Notes under the pieces: model-generated
The model's database searches: none
What the model saw: the letters and a program-made list of their open reading frames with translations, nothing else
What the model was told of the DNA's origin: nothing
Source of the DNA: a cyanobacterium endosymbiont of Braarudosphaera bigelowii
Lineage (GTDB): Bacteria; Cyanobacteriota; Cyanobacteriia; Cyanobacteriales; Microcystaceae
Assembly (NCBI RefSeq): GCF_020885515.1
Contig: NZ_AP024987.1
Coordinates: 120,001 to 152,000 of the forward strand
Reading direction: 5' to 3'
DNA length: 32,000 nucleotides
Part shown: positions 1 through 8,903 of the stretch, in pieces
Layout of the letters: every line of letters begins with the position of its first letter
Position numbering within the stretch: position 1 is the stretch's first letter
Translations under genes and position numbers: made by a program

Positions 1-135
1 TAAAATATTTATTTCTGATATGAAAATATAACCTTATTTATGAATTGCTAAAATTTTGTTTATTAGTTAATTTTGGAAAATTGCTCTTGCTCAAAATAAA
101 GTGTTAAGATAATCCATGATAATCGAGGGTGAGGA

Positions 136-224
136 TCGGTAGTCAAGTTTGTTGTCAGTATCGGGTAGATGCTTGTCCGAAGTTAATATTGGCCAACTGC
201 TCTCCGAAGTTTTGTCTCTCTACA
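136..224 (+). promoter_or_regulatory. Conserved 5' leader of the rbp gene, with a -10-like GATAAT at 108-113
   Basis: Blocks TCGGTAGT (136-143), TTTGTTGTCAG, CGGGTA, CTCTCCGA (200-207) and TCTCTACA (217-224) recur in the same order upstream of the second rbp gene at 26498-26581. In both loci 22 nt separate the -10-like hexamer from TCGGTAGT. SD AAGGAG lies at 235-240. Confidence 0.5.
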
Positions 225-250
225 ATTCTAAGATTAAGGAGAACATCCCC

Positions 251-496
251 ATGTCAATTTATGTTGGCAATCTTTCCTTCAAGGCAACAGAAGCAGATGT
301 TACTAATGTCTTTAAAGAATATGGTGAAGTTAAAAAAGTCTATCTTCCTTCTGATCGAGAGACTGGAAAAATGCGAGGTTTCGGTTTTGTAGATATGGAG
401 ACAGAAAACCAAGAAGCTACTGCGATTGATGAGCTGAACGGAACAGAATGGATGGGGAGAATATTAAAAGTTAATAAAGCAAAACCCCGTGAATAG
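251..496 (+). CDS. rbp: RRM-type RNA-binding protein (81 aa, no Gly-rich tail)
   Basis: ATG at 251 is preceded by the SD AAGGAG. MSIYVGNLSF carries RNP2 and RGFGFVDM carries RNP1. The 5' extension of track ORF 149-496 has no homology logic. Paralogue of 26609-26899. Confidence 0.9.
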   Translation: MSIYVGNLSFKATEADVTNVFKEYGEVKKVYLPSDRETGKMRGFGFVDMETENQEATAIDELNGTEWMGRILKVNKAKPRE

Positions 497-614
497 ACTT
501 CTAGATATTAATTCAACAAAATCAATTAAAATTGTAGACTCTAACTGACTACCCTAGAAACTTTTTGTTTATTTCTATTGGAAAACTGTTTATTACTTAC
601 ATAGAGGATATATT

Positions 615-782
615 ATGGCTAAACGTCGAAACTTAAAAAAGGAAAAAGCTGAAAGAAATCAAGCATATGCTCGTCAATTCCGTCAGAAGACTTCTCGTTC
701 TTTTTCTAGAGGAAGATCTTATTCTAACAATCGTAGTGATCAAGAAGATACAAATGATGATGATACTAGCACTAATAACTAA
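615..782 (+). CDS. Small hypothetical protein (55 aa, basic N-terminus, acidic/Ser-Asn-rich C-terminus); below the ORF-track cutoff
   Basis: Hand translation gives MAKRRNLKKEKAERNQAYARQFRQKTSRSFSRGRSYSNNRSDQEDTNDDDTSTNN*. ATG at 615 lies 7 nt after AGAGGA (603-608). It is co-oriented with rbp, with no terminator between them, and a hairpin plus T-run follows at 815-836. Confidence 0.4.
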   Translation: MAKRRNLKKEKAERNQAYARQFRQKTSRSFSRGRSYSNNRSDQEDTNDDDTSTNN

Positions 783-814
783 AAATATTTGTTTTTGAGC
801 AATATATGGAAAGT

Positions 815-836
815 GGGAATTTTAAGATTCCCTTTT
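815..836 (+). terminator. Intrinsic terminator-like hairpin after the rbp / small-ORF unit
   Basis: GGGAAT (815-820), 6-nt loop, ATTCCC (827-832), then TTTT (833-836). It sits between the convergent small ORF and the murJ stop. Confidence 0.45.
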
Positions 837-870
837 CTAATATCCAGTTTTTTAAAAAGTTCTATAATTG

Positions 871-2478
871 TTACTTTAATTTTCTCTTCAGCTGATTACT
901 TAATAGCTCAATTTCAGGTAATTGTAATTGCATAGATAAGATGAAAAATATTCCTAAAATGGAACTACTGGAAATAAATAATTGTAAACATTGTAATCCT
1001 AAATTATCGGCACTATATATGTGGTGCAATAAATAGTTTACTATCCAACCTACCAAAGCTGCTATGAAAGTTATTGCTACAAGGTTTAATATACCTATAA
1101 TCCATTTTTTCACTGGTAATTTATTTAGACGATTGTCTAGAATTACCAAAAATATAAATATAGAAATTAAATTAACTAGAATAGTGGCAAATACCAATCC
1201 AGGTGTACCGAAAGACTGATACAAGAGAAAATCTAATAAGCCATTCAAAAATATATTAAACAGACTAACGCGAAAAGGTGTTCCACCATCGCCTAATGCA
1301 TAGAACACTCTAACTAAGACATCTCTTACTAAGTAAAAAAACATTCCTGTTCCATAAGCAACTAGAACTGGAGCTACTATAATTGCATCATTTACCTCAA
1401 ACGCACCACGTTGATAAATTACACGAATAATATTAGGAGCAAGAGCAATAAAAACTGCTGTTAAAGGCAACATTGTTAAAGCACTTAAAAAAATACCTTG
1501 ACGAATCCTTAACTTTAGCTCGTTCCAATTTTCTGGTGTAGTTAATTGTGAAAAAATTGGCATAAATGGGACTAAAATCATATTAGAAATTATGCCTAAA
1601 GGAGTTAAAACGATAAAATTAGCATATCTCATTGCCGCTGCTGCATCAGGAATAAATGATGCAAAAAATAAGTCGGTATAAACATTAATATGTAACATAC
1701 CTGAAGCAAAGGTAGCTGGAACTAGTATTTTTGTTATATCTTTTAATCCAGGTATATTAAATTGAAAACGTAATCTCAGCCCACCCATCCCTTTTCTCCA
1801 TTGAGCTTGAAGCTGAGCTAACCACTGTAATAAACCACCAAGTAAAGTTCCTCCGGCTAAAACCATACCTCCTAAGTACCAATTTTCTTGTTCATTTATA
1901 TTTTGACCTGTATGCCAAATCAAAGCCCATACTCCAAAGGATATAACCACACTTGAAAACAAAGGACTAATACTAGGCAATAGATACTGATCCGCAGCGT
2001 TAAGAGTTCCAAATCCTATACCAATTAATCCTGATAATAATGCTAATGGCGCCATGATTTGCAATTGTTCAATAGCAATTAGCTTTACCTCTCCTTGAAG
2101 TCCAGGAGCTAAAATTGAAATAAATGTATCGGCAAATAAAATGAGAATAATAGTAATTACTAATAATAATATAGTTACTAGTGTGGTAACTGATTCAACT
2201 AAAGGTGCTATTTCAGTTTTTTTCCGTTTAGATAAAACACTTATAAGAGAACTGTGAAATGGTCCATTAATTCCTCCTAATAAAATTAGGAAAAAACCAG
2301 GAACAACATATGCATAAGAATAAGCATTGATAACTGGCCCCACACCAAATGCTGCTGCAATTGATTGTTCTCGAATTAATCCAAATAATTTACTTATTAA
2401 AGTTGCAAATGCTACGATTCCAGCTACATCAATTAAAGAACGAGATTTTTTTTTATTTAGCGACACAAAATTTCTCAC
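871..2478 (-). CDS. murJ: Lipid II flippase MurJ/MviN
   Basis: 535-aa polytopic membrane protein. The N-terminal SLIDVAGIVAFATLISKLFGLIREQSIAAAFG is the typical MurJ signature region. GTG start. Confidence 0.9.
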   Translation of the reverse strand: MRNFVSLNKKKSRSLIDVAGIVAFATLISKLFGLIREQSIAAAFGVGPVINAYSYAYVVPGFFLILLGGINGPFHSSLISVLSKRKKTEIAPLVESVTTLVTILLLVITIILILFADTFISILAPGLQGEVKLIAIEQLQIMAPLALLSGLIGIGFGTLNAADQYLLPSISPLFSSVVISFGVWALIWHTGQNINEQENWYLGGMVLAGGTLLGGLLQWLAQLQAQWRKGMGGLRLRFQFNIPGLKDITKILVPATFASGMLHINVYTDLFFASFIPDAAAAMRYANFIVLTPLGIISNMILVPFMPIFSQLTTPENWNELKLRIRQGIFLSALTMLPLTAVFIALAPNIIRVIYQRGAFEVNDAIIVAPVLVAYGTGMFFYLVRDVLVRVFYALGDGGTPFRVSLFNIFLNGLLDFLLYQSFGTPGLVFATILVNLISIFIFLVILDNRLNKLPVKKWIIGILNLVAITFIAALVGWIVNYLLHHIYSADNLGLQCLQLFISSSSILGIFFILSMQLQLPEIELLSNQLKRKLK

Positions 2479-2560
2479 GAAAAGCTAGTCACTATTATTA
2501 AAGATTTTGCTGCAGTAGGCAAGATATCAGTATATTAAGGTTATGCCTTTTTTTAAAATT

Positions 2561-2586
2561 AATAAAGACTCTTAAGAGTCTTTATT
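2561..2586 (-). terminator. Perfect 26-bp palindrome, likely terminator of the upstream minus-strand gene
   Basis: AATAAAGACTCTT|AAGAGTCTTTATT. On the minus strand it is followed by AATTTT. It lies between the stop of 2775-4094 and the murJ start. Confidence 0.4.
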
Positions 2587-2774
2587 CTAAGCTATAAATA
2601 AGATATATTAAAGACAATAACTTTTTCACCTTGATCATACTAAAAGCTTATTTAATAAGCCAGACAACAATGCATTATCTAACTACTAATCTTTAAAGTT
2701 AAAATTTTGTAAAGAATAATATAAAGTAGCAATTTTATATTATTCTAACGTGAAATTGAATTTATATAGACGGT

Positions 2775-4094
2775 TTAATCATTATTAGATTTTTGTTTTC
2801 CCAAAAGATATCTGGTTTCAGCGGCGGCTTTCTCCATAGCCACTTCTGGCCGTAATTGATTAGTAATAGCTGCGCTTAAATAACGCTGTAAAATATCGGA
2901 GGCTTGTGCATACTGAGGTATTGGTGGACGTAAAATCGAGTTTTCTATTACATTCAATAACTGAGGATAATAAGAAAACTTAGTTAGTATATCAGAATCA
3001 TTAAACAAAGAACGACGACTGGGAACATATCCTGTTGCTAGAACAAATCTACGTTGCACTTCTTCACTGCTAAAAAATTTAATTACTTCCCAGGCTGCAT
3101 CAGGATGTTGACTGTTTTTTGTAATACCTAATCCCCAACCTCCTAAACAGGAACCACTAAAGTAATTATTAGCGTGAACCATGGGCTTAATCTTAAATTT
3201 TCCTTTAATGGGAGAGCTATGATCAGATAATAGTCCAAAGGCGTAAGGCCAATTACGCATAAAAACAGCATTTCCAGTTTGGAAAAGGCGCCGTACTTCC
3301 TCCTCGGCATAAGTAGTGACTCCCATAGGAGAGATTTTTTTATCTAGCGTACTGCGTAGAAAGTTAACTGCTTCAATAGCTGTTGTACTATCCAGGCCAA
3401 CTTCCAAAGTATAAGGATTTATCCAAAATGCACCATACCCACTTAAGACTTCCATAAACATCGCAGATAATCCTTCATATTGTTTACCAGTCCATAAGTA
3501 ACCCCATTCAGCTAACTTTTTTTCTTGTAAAATATGAGATATATTTATTAGCTCTGTAAAAGTATTTGGAGGTTGATATCCATTTTTTTCTAATAAGTCA
3601 CTACGATAATAAAGAATACCCCCATCAGAACGTATAGGGATACGATATAACTCACCCTGATACATTCCACCGTTAATATCCCCCTCTAAAAAAGCTGCTA
3701 AATCTACTTTTGATAGTCTGTCTGATAAACTTCTTAACCATCCTGCAGCAGCGAACTTAGATACCCAGACAATATCCATGAACACTAAATCATAAGGAGA
3801 GTTGCCTAATAAGAAAGAAGAAGTATATAAATCTTCAACTTGATTAGTAGCATTAGGACCCTCGATAACCTCTAATTCTATATCAGAATGTTGATCATTA
3901 AATTCTTTTACAAAAGGTTCCCATTGAGTCGCTTCTAACGCCTGCATCATTAATGTAATTTTTACAGGTTCAGCAGAAGAACTTTGTATGATAAATAAAC
4001 AAGTTAACAATAAACAAAAAATTACCAACACTAAGAAACGAGTAATAAAAAAAAAATTAATTGGTAACAATTTGATTAACTGATTAACTTTCAT
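2775..4094 (-). CDS. ABC transporter substrate-binding protein, carbohydrate type (solute-binding family 1)
   Basis: 439 aa with an N-terminal hydrophobic signal/anchor, then a family-1 SBP-like sequence (WVSKFAAAGWL, RNWPYAFGL, GGWGLGI). No permease or ATPase genes are adjacent. Confidence 0.8.
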   Translation of the reverse strand: MKVNQLIKLLPINFFFITRFLVLVIFCLLLTCLFIIQSSSAEPVKITLMMQALEATQWEPFVKEFNDQHSDIELEVIEGPNATNQVEDLYTSSFLLGNSPYDLVFMDIVWVSKFAAAGWLRSLSDRLSKVDLAAFLEGDINGGMYQGELYRIPIRSDGGILYYRSDLLEKNGYQPPNTFTELINISHILQEKKLAEWGYLWTGKQYEGLSAMFMEVLSGYGAFWINPYTLEVGLDSTTAIEAVNFLRSTLDKKISPMGVTTYAEEEVRRLFQTGNAVFMRNWPYAFGLLSDHSSPIKGKFKIKPMVHANNYFSGSCLGGWGLGITKNSQHPDAAWEVIKFFSSEEVQRRFVLATGYVPSRRSLFNDSDILTKFSYYPQLLNVIENSILRPPIPQYAQASDILQRYLSAAITNQLRPEVAMEKAAAETRYLLGKQKSNND

Positions 4095-4184
4095 AATAGT
4101 CTCTATAGATACATTTATGTTTTTATTTCTGAAGCAAAAAACAACTAGTAATAAAAATAGAAAGAGGTGAGTAATCTCATTGAT

Positions 4185-4430
4185 TTAATAACTTTCAGTT
4201 TTTTTTAGGATTTCTACTTCACTATTACAGACATGAACTTTAAACTTTTCACTAATTTTAACTAATAACGGTAAACTGGCACTAAGTGGTCTACCTTCCC
4301 AGTCACTAATGATATTAATAATTTCTCCTTCCATACCTTTTAAATCAAATGCTTGTTGCCTATGTTCCGGATGATGATAAACAATAACAGACTCTATAAT
4401 ACGAATGCGATCTCCAATCTTCATACTCAT
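4185..4430 (-). CDS. ftrV: Ferredoxin-thioredoxin reductase variable subunit
   Basis: The 81-aa protein carries GDRIRI..VIVYHHPEHRQQAFDLKGMEGEI..WEGRPLSASLPLLVK. This closely matches my recollection of cyanobacterial FtrV (VVVYHHPEH...FDLQGMEGE...PISANLPVLVKF). Confidence 0.8.
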   Translation of the reverse strand: MSMKIGDRIRIIESVIVYHHPEHRQQAFDLKGMEGEIINIISDWEGRPLSASLPLLVKISEKFKVHVCNSEVEILKKTESY

Positions 4431-5145
4431 CAGTTATTAAAAGTTTTCTCAATAAAAAGTTAATAATCATACTATCTTTACATAAAGTGTCATCAGATCA
4501 TAATTATTTAAAAATTTTCTTATTTTTAAATAATTACTTAATTCTAAGAAGTTAAAGATATATTTTATAGTATGATCTAAGAAGATTATCAATCTTAACA
4601 GATAAGATTATCCTAAGCTTATATTAATAATTGATAGGTAGAATAATTTTTATTTTTATCTATTCATTATTTGATATCCAAAGTTTTATATCTACTATAC
4701 TATTAGATAATATTTATAGAAATAAGCATTTATGATTACTCTCTATAAATAGTCCTAAATTTTTTTTTAGAATGAATAATTACGTTATTTTATTTATTGA
4801 GTAGTAGGCCATTTAATATTAAAACAGTTATTTTAAAATATTTATTAAAAGTTTCCTATTGTAGATTGATCTGTTATCGTCTTAATATCTATATCAGATA
4901 ATTATTATGTAAGGCAAAGAGGAATTTAAAAAAAGTCATCATTATAATACAAGTTTTTTGTACTATATTTGATAACATTCTGTTTTCTATTTATAACTTC
5001 TAATTTAGAGTTTTTAAAACATATATATTTGTAAACCGTTAAAAATTATGAAATGGTTTATGAATATACTTAAATATACAAAATAAAGAAAAATACCATT
5101 TTTATTGGTAACCTATAAGCTATTATATCTAAATATAGTGATGTT

Positions 5146-5622
5146 ATGGAAGAATTTATAGAAGATCTATCTAAGAATAGTGAATATAAAACTCAATATA
5201 CTATTCAAGAAATACAAGAACTCCTCCCTCATCGATATCCTTTCTCCTTAGTTGATCGTATTATCGATTACATACCTGCTAAAAAAGCAGTCGGAATTAA
5301 AAATGTGACTATTAATGAACCTTTTTTTGCTGGTCATATTCCAAGTCTTCCAATTATGCCGGGAGTACTAATTTTAGAATCTATTGCTCAAGTTGGAGGG
5401 GTTATTCTAACTCTATTACCAGGAATGAAAGGAGTATTTTTTGCTTTTGCAGGTATTGATAAAGTTCGTTTCCGTCGTCCCGTAATTCCTGGAGATCAAT
5501 TAATAATTACAGTTGAGTTATTAACTTTAAAGAGAAACAGGATTGCAAAAATGAAGGGTGAAGGTACAGTAAATGGAGAATTAGCAGTTCAAGGAGAAAT
5601 GTTATTTTCTCGTATTGATTAA
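5146..5622 (+). CDS. fabZ: 3-hydroxyacyl-ACP dehydratase FabZ
   Basis: [38 protein letters not shown] and [15 protein letters not shown] are hot-dog fold FabZ motifs. Confidence 0.92.
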   Translation: MEEFIEDLSKNSEYKTQYTIQEIQELLPHRYPFSLVDRIIDYIPAKKAVGIKNVTINEPFFAGHIPSLPIMPGVLILESIAQVGGVILTLLPGMKGVFFAFAGIDKVRFRRPVIPGDQLIITVELLTLKRNRIAKMKGEGTVNGELAVQGEMLFSRID

Positions 5623-5888
5623 TAAAATTTTCCAAAAAAATATAATAATTTATGCTTAAGTAATAAGAATAATTTTAAATATAAAACTGTTTCAGAATTG
5701 TAAGTAAATTACTTATAATAAGATAACCTTATAAAAAATATGGTTATAAAATCAATATATTCAACGAAAAAAATTGATTTTAGAAACTTTATTTTGAAAA
5801 ATTTAGTAGTGAATAAAAGTATAAAAAGTTTCGAAGGAATCTTTTTATAAAAAAATAACTTTTATTGATAAATAATAACTATTTATTT

Positions 5889-5922
5889 AACAACTACTTA
5901 AGGAAATCCTAAAGTAGTTGTT
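5889..5922. terminator. Imperfect hairpin between convergent fabZ and the SemiSWEET gene
   Basis: AACAACTACTTAAGG / CCTAAAGTAGTTGTT: 14 of 15 positions pair (A5900/A5911 mismatch), 4-nt loop. No clear U-tract on either strand. Confidence 0.3.
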
Positions 5923-5982
5923 GGCCTTAAAAGTTAATGAAATATTTTCCCTAAATTATTTTTAGGAAAATAAATTTTTCAA

Positions 5983-6243
5983 TTACTTATATTTAAGTTT
6001 CATGACTAAAATAGGAAAAGCTAGAATAAATGTAGCAATATTAGTCATGATAATTGGGATATCTTTTTGCAAAATACCATAGGTAATCCAGAGGAGTAAT
6101 CCACAACAAAACAGTAGAAACATAGCTAAAGAAATATCTTTGGTTACGCGAGTTTTCCAGGTTTTTACCAATTGAGGATAAAAAGAAATAGTTGTTAACG
6201 AGCCCGCGCATATACCGATCCAAGTAAAAGCATCAGCGTCCAT
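5983..6243 (-). CDS. SemiSWEET / PQ-loop small sugar transporter (3 TM)
   Basis: 86 aa with three hydrophobic helices. The PQ motif in FYPQLVKTWKTR follows TM1, which is typical of bacterial SemiSWEETs. Confidence 0.75.
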   Translation of the reverse strand: MDADAFTWIGICAGSLTTISFYPQLVKTWKTRVTKDISLAMFLLFCCGLLLWITYGILQKDIPIIMTNIATFILAFPILVMKLKYK

Positions 6244-6753
6244 AAGTCAAAATAGATGATTAATGAGTAGTTAAAATATGGTAATGACAATAGTTTATTA
6301 ATCGCCATTCTCCATAATTAATTTGTAAGATGAGCTTAAGGTAATGAATATCTAATAATTATACCCTAACTCCACAGTATATTCTACTAACTATAAATAA
6401 CCAAAATAGCTTATATCAAATACAGAAATAACTGTCTTAGAATAGCTTAGTTATATAGCTATATACTTCAGCTACAACCAAAGAAATAAGTTATTAAATT
6501 AACTATTAAATATAGTATAATTCTGATTAGCTAAATAAATTATTTTTAATTAATCAGAATTAAGAGTATTCGCTATTTCAGGTAAGATGATTTTTATCTT
6601 CTAGAGCAAAAGAACTTTATAAGTGTAAAAAATTACTAATAAATAGTTTTAGAAAATTAATTTTCAATAAAAAAAACAGCTATATAAAGTGCTTTGAAAC
6701 ATTAAATCAAGAAGTTGATATTTTCTGTGAGATAAAGTTATTACAAGTAATTT

Positions 6754-7794
6754 TTAACAAATTCTTGGCAATTGTTCCCCACTTAACATATCAATGATCC
6801 TGGTTGTTCCTATTTCGTTTTTTAAAGTAACTAGACCTGTATTTCGTTCAGTAACCTCACCAATGACACAAGAACTATCAGAAAAAGATGTCATAATTTC
6901 TAACGCTTTATCTACAGAATCTTCAGGTATAAAAGCAACGAATCTACCTTCGTTGGCAATATATAAAGGATCAAAACCTAGAATTTCACAAGCCCCTTTT
7001 ACATCTTCCATTACAGGAATTGCCTTTTCTATAATATTTACTCTGATTTTTGCACTGTCAGCAATCTCATTTAAACTACTAGCTAAACCACCTCTTGTTA
7101 GATCCCTCAAACAATGAATCTTTACCCCTTGTTTTATCATTTCTAAAATAACTTGATGGAGTGGTTGACAATCACTTTTAATTGTTGTTTCTAATTCTAA
7201 TCCTTCCCTCATAGCCATCACAGAAATACCATGGCGACCTATATCTCCATTAATTAAGATTTTATCTCCTACTTGAACTGATTCAGGAATAATAAATTGA
7301 TCATGTTCTATAACTCCTATCCCTGAACTGTTAATAAAAATCCCATCTCCTTTCCCTTTATCTACAACCTTAGTATCTCCTGTAATAATTTTTATACCTG
7401 CTGTCTTTGCCGCTCTCTGTAATGATTGAATAATATCCCACAGGTCTTTCATTTCAAATCCCTCTTCTATAATAAAACCTAAGCTTATATAAAGAGGACG
7501 AGCTCCGCTCATGGCAAGATCATTTACAGTTCCGTTGATAGCTAAACTTCCAATATCTCCACCAGGAAAAAATAAAGGATGTATAACATAAGAATCAGTT
7601 GTAAATGCAATTTTATTCTTAGGAATATTAACTACGGAGGAATCATGAGGCGAAAATTCTTTATTCATCTGAAATGATGAAAATATCATTTTTTCAAGCA
7701 ATTGCTGCATAAGTTTCCCTCCTCCTCCATGAGCTAATAGAACTTGAGGATATTGTTTAAGAGGAATAGGACATACAGTTTGAAGATTAATCAT
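6754..7794 (-). CDS. hypE: [NiFe]-hydrogenase maturation protein HypE
   Basis: 346 aa with a PurM-like fold signature ([30 protein letters not shown]). The C-terminal PRIC carries the conserved carbamoylated Cys. Confidence 0.92.
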   Translation of the reverse strand: MINLQTVCPIPLKQYPQVLLAHGGGGKLMQQLLEKMIFSSFQMNKEFSPHDSSVVNIPKNKIAFTTDSYVIHPLFFPGGDIGSLAINGTVNDLAMSGARPLYISLGFIIEEGFEMKDLWDIIQSLQRAAKTAGIKIITGDTKVVDKGKGDGIFINSSGIGVIEHDQFIIPESVQVGDKILINGDIGRHGISVMAMREGLELETTIKSDCQPLHQVILEMIKQGVKIHCLRDLTRGGLASSLNEIADSAKIRVNIIEKAIPVMEDVKGACEILGFDPLYIANEGRFVAFIPEDSVDKALEIMTSFSDSSCVIGEVTERNTGLVTLKNEIGTTRIIDMLSGEQLPRIC

Positions 7795-8030
7795 ATACTT
7801 AAAAAATATTATTTCTTCTAATCCTAGAATAAATACTATGATAAATTTTGTATCTTTAATTTTTTTTAATTAAAGAATGCTATGCAAATACTCAAAGTTC
7901 TATATATTATTTTCTTGATTTCAGAAAAGACATTACATATTAAGATATTAAAATTAACTAATATTAATTTTATAAATACAACATAATATTTTGACCATTA
8001 AATAGTAGTACTTAACTTAGTAATCATGAA

Positions 8031-8684
8031 TTATCTTGATTCAAAGATAGCTTTTCCTAAGCGTATCATGGTTGTCTTTTTTCGTATTGCTAATAAATAA
8101 TCATTAGACATTCCCATGGATAACTCCTTTAAAAATAATGAAGATTTTTCCGTAATATCTTGAGCTAGATTCTGTACTTTCTGAAAAGCATACAAAGATT
8201 CACTGCTTGATAAATTGAGTGGTAAAATTGACATTAATCCATTAATTGTAAGGTTTTTACATTTTTCCAGTTCATCTAAATCTTTCCAAAGTTGTTCTGA
8301 CGACCATCCGTATTTATTAGGATCTGACATGATCTTCACTTGCAAACAAATATGAGGTGAAACAGAAATATCATCTATTATTTTATTTAAGTGCTGTGCC
8401 AATTTAAGACTATCAACAGAATGGATCCAACAAAAATTTTCTAAAACTTTCTTAGCTTTGTTTGTTTGCAGATGGCCGATAAAATGCCAAGATATATCAC
8501 TATATTCCTTAAGCTTTTCTTGCTTTTCTAGAGCTTCTTGAAGACGATTTTCAGCAAAATCACGAATTCCAGAATTATATGCTTCTTTAATTTTTTCTAC
8601 TGATTGTTGCTTACTAACAGCAATCAAACGAACTGAAGATGGCACTTGGGAGATAATTCTAGTAATATTTTCGCTAATTTTCAT
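8031..8684 (-). CDS. yggS: YggS/PipY-family PLP-binding protein (COG0325)
   Basis: 217 aa. VRLIAVSKQQ holds the PLP lysine context. WHFIGHLQTNKAK and ELSMGMSNDY are family motifs. Confidence 0.88.
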   Translation of the reverse strand: MKISENITRIISQVPSSVRLIAVSKQQSVEKIKEAYNSGIRDFAENRLQEALEKQEKLKEYSDISWHFIGHLQTNKAKKVLENFCWIHSVDSLKLAQHLNKIIDDISVSPHICLQVKIMSDPNKYGWSSEQLWKDLDELEKCKNLTINGLMSILPLNLSSSESLYAFQKVQNLAQDITEKSSLFLKELSMGMSNDYLLAIRKKTTMIRLGKAIFESR

Positions 8685-8903
8685 TGAAATTTAAAACAAG
8701 AACTTTTAGGTATATGATTAAAGACTACTATGATTTCTAATACGATTTCTATTGTAACTGATTAGTTAGGATAAAATATGATTATAAGTTATTACTTCTA
8801 CTAAGATGTTATTATTAGATCATAATTATGATTTTATTAGTTCTTTGTAATCAAGCATATTTAAATTTTAAAGCCGAAAATTTATTTAAAAGGATATAAA
8901 ATA

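Noticed and set aside
129-392. Track ORF 129-392, and the N-terminal extension of ORF 149-496
   Set aside because: Both overlap the rbp leader and coding region without homology logic: 129-392 is in a different frame from rbp, and the 149-250 extension is in frame with it. The true start is ATG 251, which has a good SD. The upstream part is the conserved non-coding leader.
6041-6223. 60-aa ORF overlapping the SemiSWEET gene on the same strand in another frame
   Set aside because: It lies entirely inside a CDS that has clear 3-TM PQ-loop logic, and its sequence looks random.
6794-7117. 107-aa ORF antisense to hypE
   Set aside because: It is a shadow ORF opposite a strongly recognisable gene and carries no motifs.
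8685-8903. Search for a degraded pipX in the yggS upstream region
   Set aside because: Reverse-strand translation gives only very short ORFs (for example MLDYKELIKS*) with no resemblance to PipX. I therefore report absence rather than a pseudogene.
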